From: Paraspadella gotoi
Lineage: Eukaryota; Animalia; Chaetognatha
Reading direction: 5' to 3'
Assembly: GCA_051294375.1 (NCBI GenBank)
Contig: CM119265.1
Location: forward strand, 7,574,629 to 7,638,628
DNA: 64,000 bases
Shown here: positions 27,104 through 40,646 of the stretch, piece by piece
How positions within the stretch are numbered: position 1 is the first letter of the stretch
Layout of the letters: each line of letters begins with the position of its first letter
The notes under the pieces: generated by a model
Told to the model about the DNA's origin: nothing
Seen by the model: the letters and a program-made list of their open reading frames with translations, nothing else
Database searches by the model: none
Program-made: the position numbers and the translations under genes

Positions 27104-28677
27104 AAAGCAAAGCGATACGAGGAAAGGAAAAGGGGAGGAGGTGTGCTGAGAGGAGGAATTAACATTCAGAGGGAAAAAGGTTATGGATTTTTTTCCCCCT
27201 TCTCTCGTTCCTTCGGTGGCGTTGCTCTCTTTCTGCCACCATCGACGCCAAACGCGGCCGACAATATCCGCGCCAACCGACAAAGCCGACGCGGAAAAAG
27301 GGACACGCCCTATGTCGCGACCGACGTTGTTAGAGTCACCTTTGTCGGCTTCGACGCTACGATGAGATAATTGTTTGGTTAAAATGGGAAGAGTTTTGTT
27401 AAGAATTGAAAACGTTACCATCTCGCCTTACAACAATAAAAATACTTTCGGAGTTCGTCACTTCATAAGGGCAGAGAACTCAGTACAAAATGAGGAGGAT
27501 AATGTGGTAGGTGATTGCAATTATAACATGTTTTGAGAAATATATAAATTCACTTCGATTTTATGATATGACTTAAGTCTGCTGAAGGCGGTCATTTTTG
27601 AGACAATAATCAATGAGGGACTGGTGGGCCAGTCAAAGAATCAACGACCGTCTGTATAGACTACTCTCAAAAGTTCTCATCCACCCCGTCTATTTCCAAC
27701 CGATCTCGCTGCCCCACGCCACCCGCTGCCGCTGCCGCCAGCGCCGCCCGCCGCTGTCGCTGTCGCCGCCCGCCGCCCGCCGCCGCCTCAGTCGTCACCA
27801 CGGCCTACGGACCCAACCCAAGCAGCTGGCGTCGTGGGAGCGTGTCTTTAGTTGGAATATGGGGAGGAAATTGGAGAGTGGAGGAAAAAAAAAGGAAAGG
27901 AGAGGAAAGTAAGTTAAGAATGCAAACAAAAAAGAAAAGAGAGGAAAGAAGAGAAGTAATAAAAAAGGAAAAAAAAAGACGAAACAAGAGAAACTAGAAA
28001 CTTGAAAAATCTCGTGAAAGTTGGTACAAAAGAAAATAGAAAGTGTGGAATTTGGATTTTAACAACGGATGGCGTCAAAAATTACGAATTAAAAAAAAAA
28101 GCCAATTATATTGTTTAAAACGCTGGACTCGGGGTTGGGGGAATTTCAAAAACTTGCAATGAAAGGACATATTTAGTTGGAATACTTAGCTTTCTATTTT
28201 CTCTTTTTAGTCTTGGAAAAATTCAAAAAAATAGGAAATTTCTATTTACGACTAATGTATTCATTATTTCGGTATTATTCTTGAGGGAATGTAGCTAATA
28301 ATATTAACATAGTCTTAGCCTAGCAGCGGCATAGAGTATAAAATCACCCGACTCCCCAAGAATATATATAAAACATCATGTAATAAGGCGTGAGAAACAA
28401 AAGCGTGAAGTGAAGTGATTGAAGACAAAAAGATTTACTCTTTTTTTCATCTTTTTTTCAGTTTTCCATATTTTTTTGGCGCCTCTGTGAATAGCGGAGC
28501 TTCAGAGGATAAAATCTTTTGATGGGAAGATGAGTTTTTAATTTCTTCTTCAACGGTTATTCTCCCCCTCATCTCGAGGGAAATAATTTTTGATTGTCAT
28601 TTCAACCATTTCTCTCTCTCTCTCTCTCNNNNNNNNNNNNNNNNNNNNNNNNNAGGAGAGGGATACGAGATGAGGGA

Positions 28678-28870
28678 GAGAGTAATTCAGTTTGGAAGAG
28701 AAAGAGAAAAAAGGAAAATGGGAGAGAAAGAGACAGAAATAAGCTTGAACAGAAAGAAGGAGAAAGAGTGAGTACGATTTGATTTGATATGATGTTGTAA
28801 TGGCTAAAAATGTGACAGAGAGAGAGAGAGAGAAAGAGAAACAGAGAGAGAGAGAGAGAAATAAAAACAG

Positions 28871-28913
<43 letters not shown>

Positions 28914-29115
28914 CACGAGAAGAGAGAGTCTCTCTCTCTCCGCTGATTTAACGCTCTGTTTTTAAAGCGGTATTTGTCACATTTTTTTAGCATTACAAAT
29001 CATATCAAATCAAATCGTACTCACTCTTTCTCCTCTTTCTGTTTCAAGCTTATTTCTGTCTCTTTCTCTCCCATTTTCCTTTTTCTCTTTCTGTCCCTTC
29101 CAACTAATTTACTCT
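28678..29115. repeat. ~140-bp inverted repeat (28678-28817 vs 28975-29115)
   Basis: GAGTGAGTACGATTTGATTTGATATG...AAAAATGTGACA is mirrored by TGTCACATTTTT...CATATCAAATCAAATCGTACTCACTC. Adjacent to a 25-N gap. Confidence 0.85.
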
Positions 29116-30729
29116 TTCTGCCAATAGGCGCCCGGCCTCCCCTCTTTCTTCCCCGTTTGGAACGTCCTCCTCTCTCAATACAAATCCGACGGAAGCGACT
29201 CGCGCGACGGCTTTTCGTCCCAAGAGGCTCCTGGAGACCGGTCCTCCCGATGCGCCGGGCGAAGAGGGCGTCCAAACGCGTCCTCGGGATCGGCGCGTCC
29301 TGCGGTGCGCCGTCCACTCCGTGGCCTCCCGATCTACTTTCCAAATCCCATTTTCCACTCCAAAACATGTCTGTGAATTCTTGGGATATTTTAGCTTTCG
29401 GTAAAATCTTGATAATTCCGGGGTTAGCCCAGTCAGGAAAGCAATATTAGTTTCCTCGTGTGGTATAAGTGCGTCTTCTTCACGTTCTTGGGCCTTCACA
29501 AGCCGATTAGCGTTGTCCGTTCTCTCAACTCTATAACCCCATCTAGCAGCCCTATCTCCGTCGAACGGGTCCCTTGTCGCTCGCTTGGTCTAACCAGGCT
29601 TTGACGGGTTTGTCCACTGTCCTCCTCTCCCAACTCTCGTCTGCACGGCTCTTACAACGGCGTCCTCTCCTTCACGCTTCCCTCGTCAGGGTCACCGTCG
29701 TACCTCTCTTCCAGGTTGGGACTTGAACCGCGCGGCTCAATGCGCGATTTAACGCATCTATGGGGGTGGTCACATGTTTTAAGCGGTCATTTGTCCACAG
29801 AGCTGAATGGCTTTATTCTTCATAAAAGCATCAATGAGCCAACACCAAAATGAATTCAACAACTGAAAGTGAGTCAATGATTACTAGGCGGGTGTACACA
29901 CACCTTATGCACATGGTAACCGACCAACGAGTAGTGGCTATCTCTTTCTCCTATCCAATATCAAATTGACTATTAACCTTCGTACTGTATTGTTTAATTA
30001 ACCAAACCTATGGCCCTTTCTATTTTCCCTTCGCGTCCCCGCTCCAGCTCTCTTCTGTCGTTCCTTCGCCCCGCCCGCCGCCGGCAGCTATGCCGACCTT
30101 CCGCACCCGAGCCCGCTGCCCGCCTGCCTGCCGGGCAGGCCAGCGACGGCATCTTTGGAAGAGAGGGACGCATCGTCTGCCGCCGCGAAAAAGCCGTCGT
30201 TTCCGGAGGCGCGCGTCCCCCCAGGGGGCGAGGTGGACGCTGGCATCGCCCCAAATGCGTATACCTCCCTGCGTCTCCATCTTCTCCTTCAGACGGCATC
30301 CTGCCGAACGCGAGGGTGGAAAACGTTTCGTCGGGCGAGAAGGGCCTCATCGGGGAGGCCCTCGTTGACTTCCGCGACCCAGTGCTCGTTTCCGGCCTCT
30401 GCCTATGTGCTGTCCCCTGGCTGCCCTCCAGCGCTTCCTGGTTCCCCTCGCCGCCGCTTGTTTGTTCGCCATTTGCTGAAGGAGGTGATGCTCTCCGGTT
30501 GCCCAAACCGATATATCTGGTTAGTGAAAAAGCCCATATCGTCCAGGTCGAGGGGTTTGCGTCCAGGATATCGGCTGGACCCCTCGCATCCTGAAACCCG
30601 TTGTGTGCGGATCCCGTACAGCTCCGCTGTCTCCCCTAGTCCCGCTTCCCCTGCTCTTCGACTCAGGATGCCCCCAGCGAGGGCCGCGAAGTAGTCTCGT
30701 CTCTCTCTCTCCCTTTCTCTCTCTCGTCT

Positions 30730-30771
<42 letters not shown>

Positions 30772-30854
30772 TTCTCTTTTCTCTCTCATCTCCTCCTACG
30801 AACATACCTCGAAANNNNNNNNNNNNNNNNNNNNNNNNNACCCATACTTTAACT

Positions 30855-31280
30855 TTCTAATTTGCATTAAACGCAGCGACAAAGACTCTCGAGTTTGCAT
30901 TTTAATCCAGTCATTTTAATAAAAGGCGCATGCGCGATCTTCAGGGCGAAACGAAATTCCGGATTTGATTACGAAAACAAATGATTTTGACATCAAAGAC
31001 AAATTTGTGGCGTCGAATTTGCATATAAATTACAGTCGCCTCGTCTCACTCCCCCCCCAAAAGAGAGAGATTTTCTAATTTGGCAATTAAAACGGCAGCG
31101 ACAAAGACTCTCGAGTTTGCATTTTAATCAGTCATTTTTAATAAAAGGCGCATGCGCGATCTTCAGGGCGAAAACGAAATTCCGGATTTGATTACGAAAC
31201 AAATGATTTGACATCAAAGACAAATTTTGCGTCGAAATTTGCATTATAAATTACAGTCGGCCTGCGTCTCACTCCCCCCA
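30855..31280 (+). repeat. ~205-bp tandem duplication (30855-31058, 31072-31280)
   Basis: Near-identical copies differing by small indels, lying between two 25-N gaps. Confidence 0.9.
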
Positions 31281-31539
31281 TCCACTCCACGGCCATTCGG
31301 ACTTATTAAGTCACTTTACACCTTGCTTCCACCCCACTCTTCCTCCGACGATAACGAGATAATTCGTAAGTAAAGAACAATTTCCATGAGAAACGCCGAA
31401 GACTCTTTGTCAGCCATTTTTTTGTTTACAAAAAATCATTCTCCGATTTGAAAAAATCATTCATCTTTCTTNNNNNNNNNNNNNNNNNNNNNNNNNTTTT
31501 TTTTTTATCGTCGAACTTAAACGTCCGTCAAATTCCGGC

Positions 31540-31700
31540 GCGACTGGCGAGGCCGGCACTACCGGCGCGCCCGGCGCGCCCACCAGTAAATCTGTCAGCG
31601 CCGCCAATCACGGACTCGACGAATTTCTCTGCGTCGATTTCCCCGGGGAAGACTCGACTGACGTCACGAGGCCACGCGCCACGCCCCCAGTCGGCGCCTG
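31540..31700. promoter_or_regulatory. CpG-rich promoter-like block
   Basis: CCAAT 31604-31608; palindromic TTCCCCGGGGAA (EBF/COE-like) 31639-31650; full CRE TGACGTCA 31659-31666; Sp/KLF-like GCCACGCCCC 31678-31687. Confidence 0.4.
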
Positions 31701-32043
31701 TCGAACGTCACAATTTTACGGAGGGAGCAAGCCATGCCAAGCACCACCAACCACATTCTAAAAAGTTAAATCTTATTATTAAGTATTTCGTCGAAAATCT
31801 GTTGAGTTTCCCATTTTTGGTTTCATCGTAGAAGACGACCTTCCCTCAATTTTCCAAGCAGTCGACTTTTCAACGCAAAGCCGCCAACTTTCCCTTCAGG
31901 CGTTTCCCTCGTCTCTAAGCAGGCGGTCTCCCCCGACGCCAAGCAGGCGTTTCCCCCACTGCGGGTGCCACCATTCTAAGTGGCAATTGACTCAGACGGG
32001 AAAAGGGAATTAATTTTTGATAGAGGCTGTCAGAATCAGATGT

Positions 32044-32156
<113 letters not shown>

Positions 32157-32992
32157 ACTCAATGTAGCGCAACCCCTTCCAAGGACTGAGAATATGCCGC
32201 CTGTCGTGTGTTGTAACGCGGAAATTCCCAGCGACAGTCGAAAACAATTTAAACTCTTCCCCCCTTTTAAATTATCACTCAATGCTGATTCATATTATAT
32301 CGAGTACATGATATAACATTACTCTCTTTGAGACTGACTTCTGTTGTAAGTTTTATCCAAATACAATTTCTCAAGCCATACAAGACCATATAACTTTTAC
32401 TTTTGTTTCCTCAATTTAAAAAACAAAGAAGTTACTCCCTTCTGTTTTACTTTTCGTTGATTTCAGAAATTCAGACAAAGAATATCCAAAATAAATGAAA
32501 TTTTTTTTAATTTGTAAACTATCAATGAGTCAAAAACAGTTTTCTTTATATATGTATATATATAAGCGTCGAATCTGACTGCTACATATTCGTCTTTTTC
32601 TACTTACTCTCTATTCATCACATCTCTCCCTCCAGCTCTCTCACTCTCCTCTCGATCCGCATTTAATTATGCATGGTCGCCATGCCAACCGTTGTTTTTT
32701 CCCTTAAACAAACACTCGACTTGTTTCGCGTCAAAGTCACTCGCGTTTATTGACGGGAGACGACGACGACAACGACGACAACATCTAGGACGAAGACGAC
32801 GACAACAGAAAACTAAGAAATAAAAACTGAAAAAAAAAAATTGAATTATTCAAGTTACTAATTAGATTCGACGCTTTATTTGGAATTAATGCTCAAATCA
32901 ATATTTAAATTACGTCCTCTTCCGAAGGAAACAAAAGCTGAGAGAAATAATATAACCAAAAAGAAAGGGAAAACGGAAAGAAGAAAAATAAT

Positions 32993-33084
<92 letters not shown>

Positions 33085-33421
33085 AAGAAGAAGAGTAGAG
33101 AAAAATCCCCATCACACGCTTGAACCGTCTCGTCAATGGACCGTGACGTGTTTGTGAATCAACAGATTTTCACTTTTTACACTCGATCGCTCGAACGTCG
33201 CACAAAGATGGCGCACGCGACGAAAAGCTCGCGCACGCAAGTGTAATCAACTTCGTTTGCACGCGAGAAGAACTTTGCACCGATGAGACGCGTACCGAAA
33301 ACTACTCATTATTTACGTAGCGGCGGCTGTTAGAAGTTGGAATATGAGGCTATTAGACAGGCTGTTAGAAGGCTGTTAGCGTTTAAATGTTAACAGACGC
33401 TTAGCTCAGGCATGATATGAG

Positions 33422-33531
<110 letters not shown>

Positions 33532-33862
33532 GAATGCAAGTTATGAATCAAAATATGAGCTAATCTTTCTCACCATCTGTTTTCCTCAACTGCAGAAGAA
33601 TGGGAGAAAGAAAACAAAAGCAATGGAGGAAAGGAAACCAACGGAGAAGGGGAAACCAAACCAATGAAGGAAAAGAAACAATACGAATAGAGAATTGAAA
33701 TAAAAATCAGTGGAGTAAAGAAAATCAAAACTGACGAAAAAAGGAATAAAAAACAATGAACAAGAGAGGAAAAAACAAAACCAATGAAAAAGGGAAAACA
33801 AAGAAATGGTGAAAAGAAAAACAACCATTAAATGTTTCCTTTCCTGCCCCTTCCCTTCCTTC

Positions 33863-33927
<65 letters not shown>

Positions 33928-34334
33928 GGGTGTGTGTGTGTCGCTTGCACTTTTTCATTCGACTAAAGTCGTGAAATTCAAAACTGGAAAGTCAATTTTT
34001 TTCCATTTCCTCTGAATTTCAAAGAGAAATTAAATCATCGCTTCGTTTAGAGGAGGGCGAGTCGGTACTCTCTCTCTCTCTCTGTGTCTCTCTCTCTCTT
34101 AAAATTTAACCTCTCATCATTTAGTCACTCCTTACGTCGTTAGGAGAATCGTTTTTTTTATTTCTTCAATTTTTTTCGGTTTTTAACTTTCTTCTTTTTT
34201 TTAAAGAAAATTCTTTCTTTTCTATTTTCGTCTTAACTCCACATATTTTTCTTCAAAAATCTTTACCTTTCTCGTTTCGCTCAACGGGGCATCTCTGATT
34301 GTTTTTACAAGTAAGAAAAAAAAAATTCTTTTTC

Positions 34335-34442
34335 GACTCGAGCCCCCGGATGGAATTGGTATTCCCCCGTTCAAGACTCGAGCCCCGGATGCGATTGGAA
34401 TTAGTCGTTTGCTACTCAAAGTCCCCGGATACGATTGGAATT
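34335..34442 (+). repeat. Three ~40-bp direct repeats, each containing ATTGG
   Basis: Core ACTCGAGCCCCGGAT..GATTGGAATT. ATTGG at 34355, 34394 and 34434. Confidence 0.75.
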
Positions 34443-35481
34443 CGCGAGGAAAAGAATTTCGTCGTTGCCAGGTTGAGGGAAAAACCATTGAGCCCATGTT
34501 ACTTTCGTTTGATTTCTAGCAAACAAAAGGTCATCGAATCCAGATGCGGTTCAGATTCGCGACAAAACGTACGACCGAGTTAATAAAACGGACCTGACCT
34601 TCCAACCCGACGCCGGGCCAATTTTCTTACCTTTTTCCAGGCTTTTTCTTTTTTCCCTTCGAAAGACCTTTTTTTTCATTTTCTTCTCAAGGAAAAGACA
34701 AATTTCTTTCTTCGGCGAAGTTGTTCCTTTTTCTCGGTCTCCATCTTTACCGCGAACGCAATCATACAAAGTTTGAGACATGTCAAGTCCTCCTGATACG
34801 TTTCTTTATGGGTACGAAGTTTGCCTCATAATTGGGCACACTATGTCATAGTCATAGTCTATGATATCAAAAACTAGAATTATTCAGATTAATTTTGTCG
34901 TTCATCTATTATCACACTTTGCGCATCTCTTGTTTTTCTTTCGTTTCTTTCCTTCCTCAAGTTTTTACTCACCACCGCACTTTCGAGACGCTTCTTTCCC
35001 CCGGTTTCTTCTTTCCATCCTCTTTCCTCCAGGAAAAAAAAAAGATCTTTCTTTCCTTCCTCCTTTCTTCTCCGAGCTTCCGATTCGTTTTTAGCGCCGT
35101 CCATCACGTGAAATAAAAAAAAGTGTGGGATCGGGAAAAATAAAAAGCGAAAAACTATTTGAATAAATCGGTTTTCCATTCGAACCTCGGAATTTGTGTG
35201 GAGTCACGCGCGGAAGAAAAAGGAAATAAAAAAGGAGGGAAAAAAGAAAAAGGAAAAAAAAAAGAAAAGGGGAGGAATTCGATTCGAAAAAAAAAATCGA
35301 ATCGCATGTTTCGTTAAGGAAAATGTTTTTTTTTTATAAATCTCCGTAGCGAATAAAAAAAAAATGCAAAGATTGAAAGAAGAAAGAAATTCGAAGAGTT
35401 GCGCGGTTTTTGTTGACTCGCGATTGGCACCTACGGTTTGGTTGCCATCTTGGAATTTGTGGCAGTGACTCTCTCTCTCTC

Positions 35482-35512
<31 letters not shown>

Positions 35513-35515
35513 TCT

Positions 35516-35550
<35 letters not shown>

Positions 35551-35600
35551 CATCTCTCTCTCTCTCTCTCTGCTTCAGAGCACTTTTTGGTTTTCTCTCC

Positions 35601-35821
35601 ATCCGAGTGAATTATGAATTCATGAAATTCTTTAATCATCATTCTTGTTCAATATAATTCATTCATTAGACTGCGTTTTCTTCTATAATATTCGAGACCG
35701 GCTTGTTTAAGATTAAGCGCCCTCTATTCTTTTCTCTTTCTATTTCCTCTATTTTTATTTCCTCTTTAACTTTCGTATCTTTTCCTCCTCATTTCTCCTC
35801 TTCTTTCCTCCAGTTCTCTCC

Positions 35822-35852
<31 letters not shown>

Positions 35853-35858
35853 ATTCCT

Positions 35859-35914
<56 letters not shown>

Positions 35915-36173
35915 TCTCTCTCTCTCTCTCTCATCTTCTCTCTCTCTCTTCCTTCTCTTCCGCTCTCTCTCTCTTCTCTCCTCTTCTCTCTCTCTCCTCT
36001 CTCTTCTCTATCTCTCTCGCCCTTTGTCATTCAAAACAGCTTCGTCGCCCCCCGTCGGGTTCGTATAGCGAGCGAGTCCGGGCCATTTACTATTAAACGT
36101 CGTCTTGAGTCGAGTAAGATAAGCGCTAAAAAAATTCATCCTGATTAATTTCTTTTTATTTTAATTTCCTCTC

Positions 36174-36206
<33 letters not shown>

Positions 36207-36212
36207 CTCTCT

Positions 36213-36258
<46 letters not shown>

Positions 36259-37109
36259 TCTTCTCTCTCTCCCCCCATTCCTTTTTTTTTTTCCAAACGT
36301 TTCCATTATCTTGCAAATCGGATTTAGGGTAAGTGTCACCGTTTTTTATAAGTTTTTTCTTTTTATTAACCTTCTATTTTTTATCATGTAAGTTTTATTT
36401 TTCCTTTTGTCTTCGCCTTTTCCCCTTCCCTGAAAGAAAGCGAATCGCAACGGCCGACGCCGCCGTGAGGGTGATTATGTGAAAATGGTCACAGACCGAC
36501 GAAGGCGTGTCTTCAGTGGGTCATCCGTTTTACAGTTTAGCGGGAAACTGTAGGATCTCGATCGGGAGTGACTGAAAGGGTAGCTTTTCATACTGAAATC
36601 TGTTAGAATAAGGGGTGATGCTGGTGGGGAAAGTAATTATTAAATTTTCTATTAATTAAATAAATTAATTAATAATCAATTAGAGAAATAATTAAAATAA
36701 TTATCATTTTTCTCGGTGCATCGTGATAAGATAGGTTCCCGCTGCTGTTCATTGGCTCAAACCCGACGCTGACTGTGAACGCCGACGAGGGAGAGCCCGT
36801 GACGAGCGAATCGGGCCGGTACGGCGATTAGGCGCGAGCGAATGGAGCCGGCGCCGCCCGGGGGCCGACGGGGCCGCCCTGCACGGCGACGAATCGGGCA
36901 GTCGCTCGGTGTCGCCGCCATTTTGTTCGTCGTGTGTTTTATGTGGCGTCGCTCGCGTCTGCCATTTATGCTAACATCGTTATCATATTGGGACGAAAAT
37001 AAAAAAAATAAATACTGACGGACAGAGAGAGAGAGTGTGTGAGAGGAGAAAGAAGATAGAAAGAGAAGTGTGAGAGAGAGAGAGAGAGAGAGAAGAGAGA
37101 GAGAGGAAG

Positions 37110-37141
<32 letters not shown>

Positions 37142-37918
37142 AGGAAAGAAAGAGAAGAGCAAATTAGAGAAAGAATCTGAAAGATTAAGAGAAAAAACAA
37201 GATAAATTTGCAAATTTTTGTTTCGGATTTAATGGCCAATCGGTCGGTGGAGGAAGAGAGGAAGACCAGAGGGACCAGGGAGAATAAAAAATTAAATGGT
37301 TATTAAGTTTTGAGTAAGAAAACCGAAAGGCAAAGTACGAAATTTTTTACAATTAATTGAGATTTCGAGATGAACCGCTGAAGCCAAAAAGCGGAAATCC
37401 ATGAAGGTATGCGTTCGCATTATTGCTGACCTTCGCATTGTTTAAAAATAATGGCTAAAAATATAAAATAAGATAAAATGATTAATTAACTATAGAAAAA
37501 AAATTAATTAACATTCTTTAAAATTATGTATATTCAAGATAAAAATGGTGACCCTATAAAAACCTTCCCCAATTCCCATATGTATCCCTATCAGAACATA
37601 CGATTCACCAGGTAGTCTACCCTTATAACTAAAAGAAATGATATATGATGTCTATTAGAAAACTGGGCAGAAAGTATCTTAACCTTTATCAGAAAAGACA
37701 AGCCTAAACATCCCCTTCCAGAAAGAAAATTAAATATAGAAATAAATAAATAAATAAATAAATAAAAAAAATAAATATCATTAATTATTGTAAAAGAATG
37801 AGAAGCATGGAATTTTGTTTTGGAATCTTGGATGAAAAATCGAGGGATTCAAGGACAAAAAAAAAATAACCTTAAATCTGATAAAAAGTCTCTCTCTCTC
37901 CTTCTCTCTTCTCTCTCT

Positions 37919-37979
<61 letters not shown>

Positions 37980-38097
37980 TCTCTTCAAACACCAAGGACC
38001 ATCACTCCATTATTTCACCGACTCCATTTGAACCCCCTCCACCGATCACAAGGATCGAAAAGCGCTAGCGATTCAAAGATCACGTGATATCACCGCC

Positions 38098-38100
<3 letters not shown>
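35601..38100 (+). repeat. Segmental duplicate copy 1 of 38460-40602 (likely assembly artefact)
   Basis: Both copies start ATCCGAGTGA(A)TTATGAATTC and end CACCGCCCGG. They are separated by the 25-N gap at 38435-38459. Confidence 0.9.
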
Positions 38101-38177
<77 letters not shown>

Positions 38178-38186
38178 AAGAGAGAA

Positions 38187-38433
38187 ATTCACGCGCCGAA
38201 ATCGACGTCTCGATTGATCCGTGAAAAAGAGTCCGTGAACCATTAGTTTGAAGGGAATGCGGTGGACAAAGTGCGTTGTGGGTGAGAGAAAGGGGGCGGT
38301 GAGGGAAACCCAAGATGGTGATCATGTCCGCGATGAAAAATGCTCGCCTCGCCTTCTCCTCGACCGTCTCCCTCTCTCCTCTCACCTTCTTCCCAGGGCT
38401 CCTCGTCTCTCCCTCTCTCTCTCTTCACCTCCT
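38187..38433 (+). repeat. Duplicate of 42884-43134
   Basis: ATTCACGCGCC(C)GAAATCGACGTCTCGATT...CTTCACCTCCT is present at both positions. Confidence 0.9.
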
Positions 38434-38459
38434 ANNNNNNNNNNNNNNNNNNNNNNNNN

Positions 38460-38670
38460 ATCCGAGTGATTATGAATTCATGAAATTCTTTAATCATCAT
38501 TCTGTTCATTAATTCATTCATTAGACTGCGTTTATCTTCTTATAATTTCGAGCCGGCTTGTTTAAGATTAGCGCCCTCTATTCTTTTCTCTTCCTATCTT
38601 CCTCGTATTTTTATTTCCTCTTTACTTTTCGTATCTTTTCCTCCTCATTTCTCCTCTTCTTTCCTCCACG

Positions 38671-38712
<42 letters not shown>

Positions 38713-40237
38713 CCATTCCTTTTTTTTTCCAAACGTTTCCATTATCTTGCAAATCGGATTTAGGTAAGTGTCACCGTTTTTTATAAGTTTTTTCTTTTTA
38801 TTAACCTTCTATTTTTATCATGTAAGTTTTATTTTCCTTTTGTCTTCGCCTTTTCCCCTTCCCTGAAAGAAAGCGAATCGCAACGGCCGACGCCGCCGTG
38901 AGGGTGATTATGTGAAAATGGTCACAGACCGACGAAGGCGTGTCTTCAGTGGGTCATCCGTTTTACAGTTTAGCGGGAAAACTGTAGGACTCGATCGGGA
39001 GTGACTGAAAGGGTAGCTTTTCATACTGAAATCTGTTAGAAATAAGGGGTGATGCTGGTGGGGAAAGTAATTATTAAATTTCTATTAATTAAATAAATTA
39101 ATTAAATAATCAATTAGAGAAATAATTAAAAATAATTAATCATTTTTCTCGGTGCATCGTGATAAAATAGAGTTCCCGCTGCTGTTCATTGGCTCAAACC
39201 CGACGCTGACTGTGAACGCCGACGAGGGAGAGCCCGTGACGAGCGATCGGGCTCGGTACGGCGATTAAGGCGCCGAGCGAATGGAGCCGGCGCCGCCCGG
39301 GGGCCGCACGGGGCCGCCCTGGCACGGCGGACGAATCGGGCAGTCGCTCGGTGTCGCCGCCATTTTGTTCGTCGTGTGTTTTATGTGGCGTCGCTCGCGT
39401 CTGCCATTTATTGCTAACATCGTTATCATATTGGGACNNNNNNNNNNNNNNNNNNNNNNNNNNNNNNNNNNNNNNNNNNNNNNNNNNNNNNNNNNNNNNN
39501 NNNNNNNNNNNNNNNNNNNNNNNNNNNNNNNNNNNNNNNNNNNNNNNNNNNNNNNNNNNNNNNNNNNNNNNNNNNNNNNNNNNNNNNNNNNNNNNNNNNN
39601 NNNNNNNNNNNNNNNNNNNNNNNNNNNNNNNNNNNNNNNNNNNNNNNNNNNNNNNNNNNNNNNNNNNNNNNNNNNNNNNNNNNNNNNNNNNNNNNNNNNN
39701 NNNNNAGATAAATTTGCAAATTTTTGTTTCGGATTTAATGGCCAATCGGTCGGTGGAGGAAGAGAGAAGACCAGAGGACCAGGGAGAATTAAAAATAAAA
39801 TGGTTATTTAAGTTTTGAGTAGAAAACCGAAAGGCAAAGTACGAAATTTTTACAATTAATTGAGATTCGAGATGAACCGACTGAAGCAAAAAGCGGAAAT
39901 CCATGAAGGTATGCGTTCGCATTATTGCTGACCTTCGCATTGTTTAAAAATAATGGCTAAACAAATATAAAATAAGATAAAATGATTAATTAACTATAGA
40001 AAAAAAATTAATTAACATTCTTTAAAATTATGTATATTCAAGATAAAATGGTGACCCTATAAAACCTTTCCCAATCCCCAGTATGTATTCCTATCAGAAC
40101 ATACGATTCTACCAGGTAGTCTTACCCTTATAACTAAAAGAAATGATATATGATGTCTATTAGAAAACTGGGGCAGAAAGTATCTTAACCTTTATTCAGA
40201 AAAGACAAGCCTAACATCCCCTTCCAGAAAGTAAAAA

Positions 40238-40289
<52 letters not shown>

Positions 40290-40602
40290 ATATCATTATT
40301 TATTGTAAAAGAATGAGGAAGCATGGAATTTTGTTTTGGAATCTTGGATGAAAAATCGAGGGATTCCAAGGACAAAAAAAAACATAACCTTAAATCTGAT
40401 AAAAGTCTCTCTCTCTTCTCTTCTTCTTCTCTCTCTTCTTCTTCTCTCCTCTCTCTCTCTCTCTCCTCTCGCCTTCTCTTCAAACACCAAAGGACATTCA
40501 CTTCCATTTATTTCACCGGACTTCCATTGTGAACCCCCGCACGATTCACAAGGATCGAAAGCTGCTACGATTCCAAAGAAATCATCGAATTTCACCGCCC
40601 GG
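38460..40602 (+). repeat. Segmental duplicate copy 2
   Basis: Colinear with 35601-38100, but lacks the unique block at about 36020-36165 that lies between (CT)n tracts in copy 1. Confidence 0.9.
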
Positions 40603-40646
40603 AGAGACGAGAGGAGAGGAGACGAGAGAGAGAGAGAGAGAGAGGA

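Noticed and set aside
36757-36925. Minus-strand ORF starting AAAATGGCGGCG (MAATPSDC...)
   Set aside because: Short, and the frame differs between the two duplicate copies. Better explained as a YY1-like motif in a CpG block.
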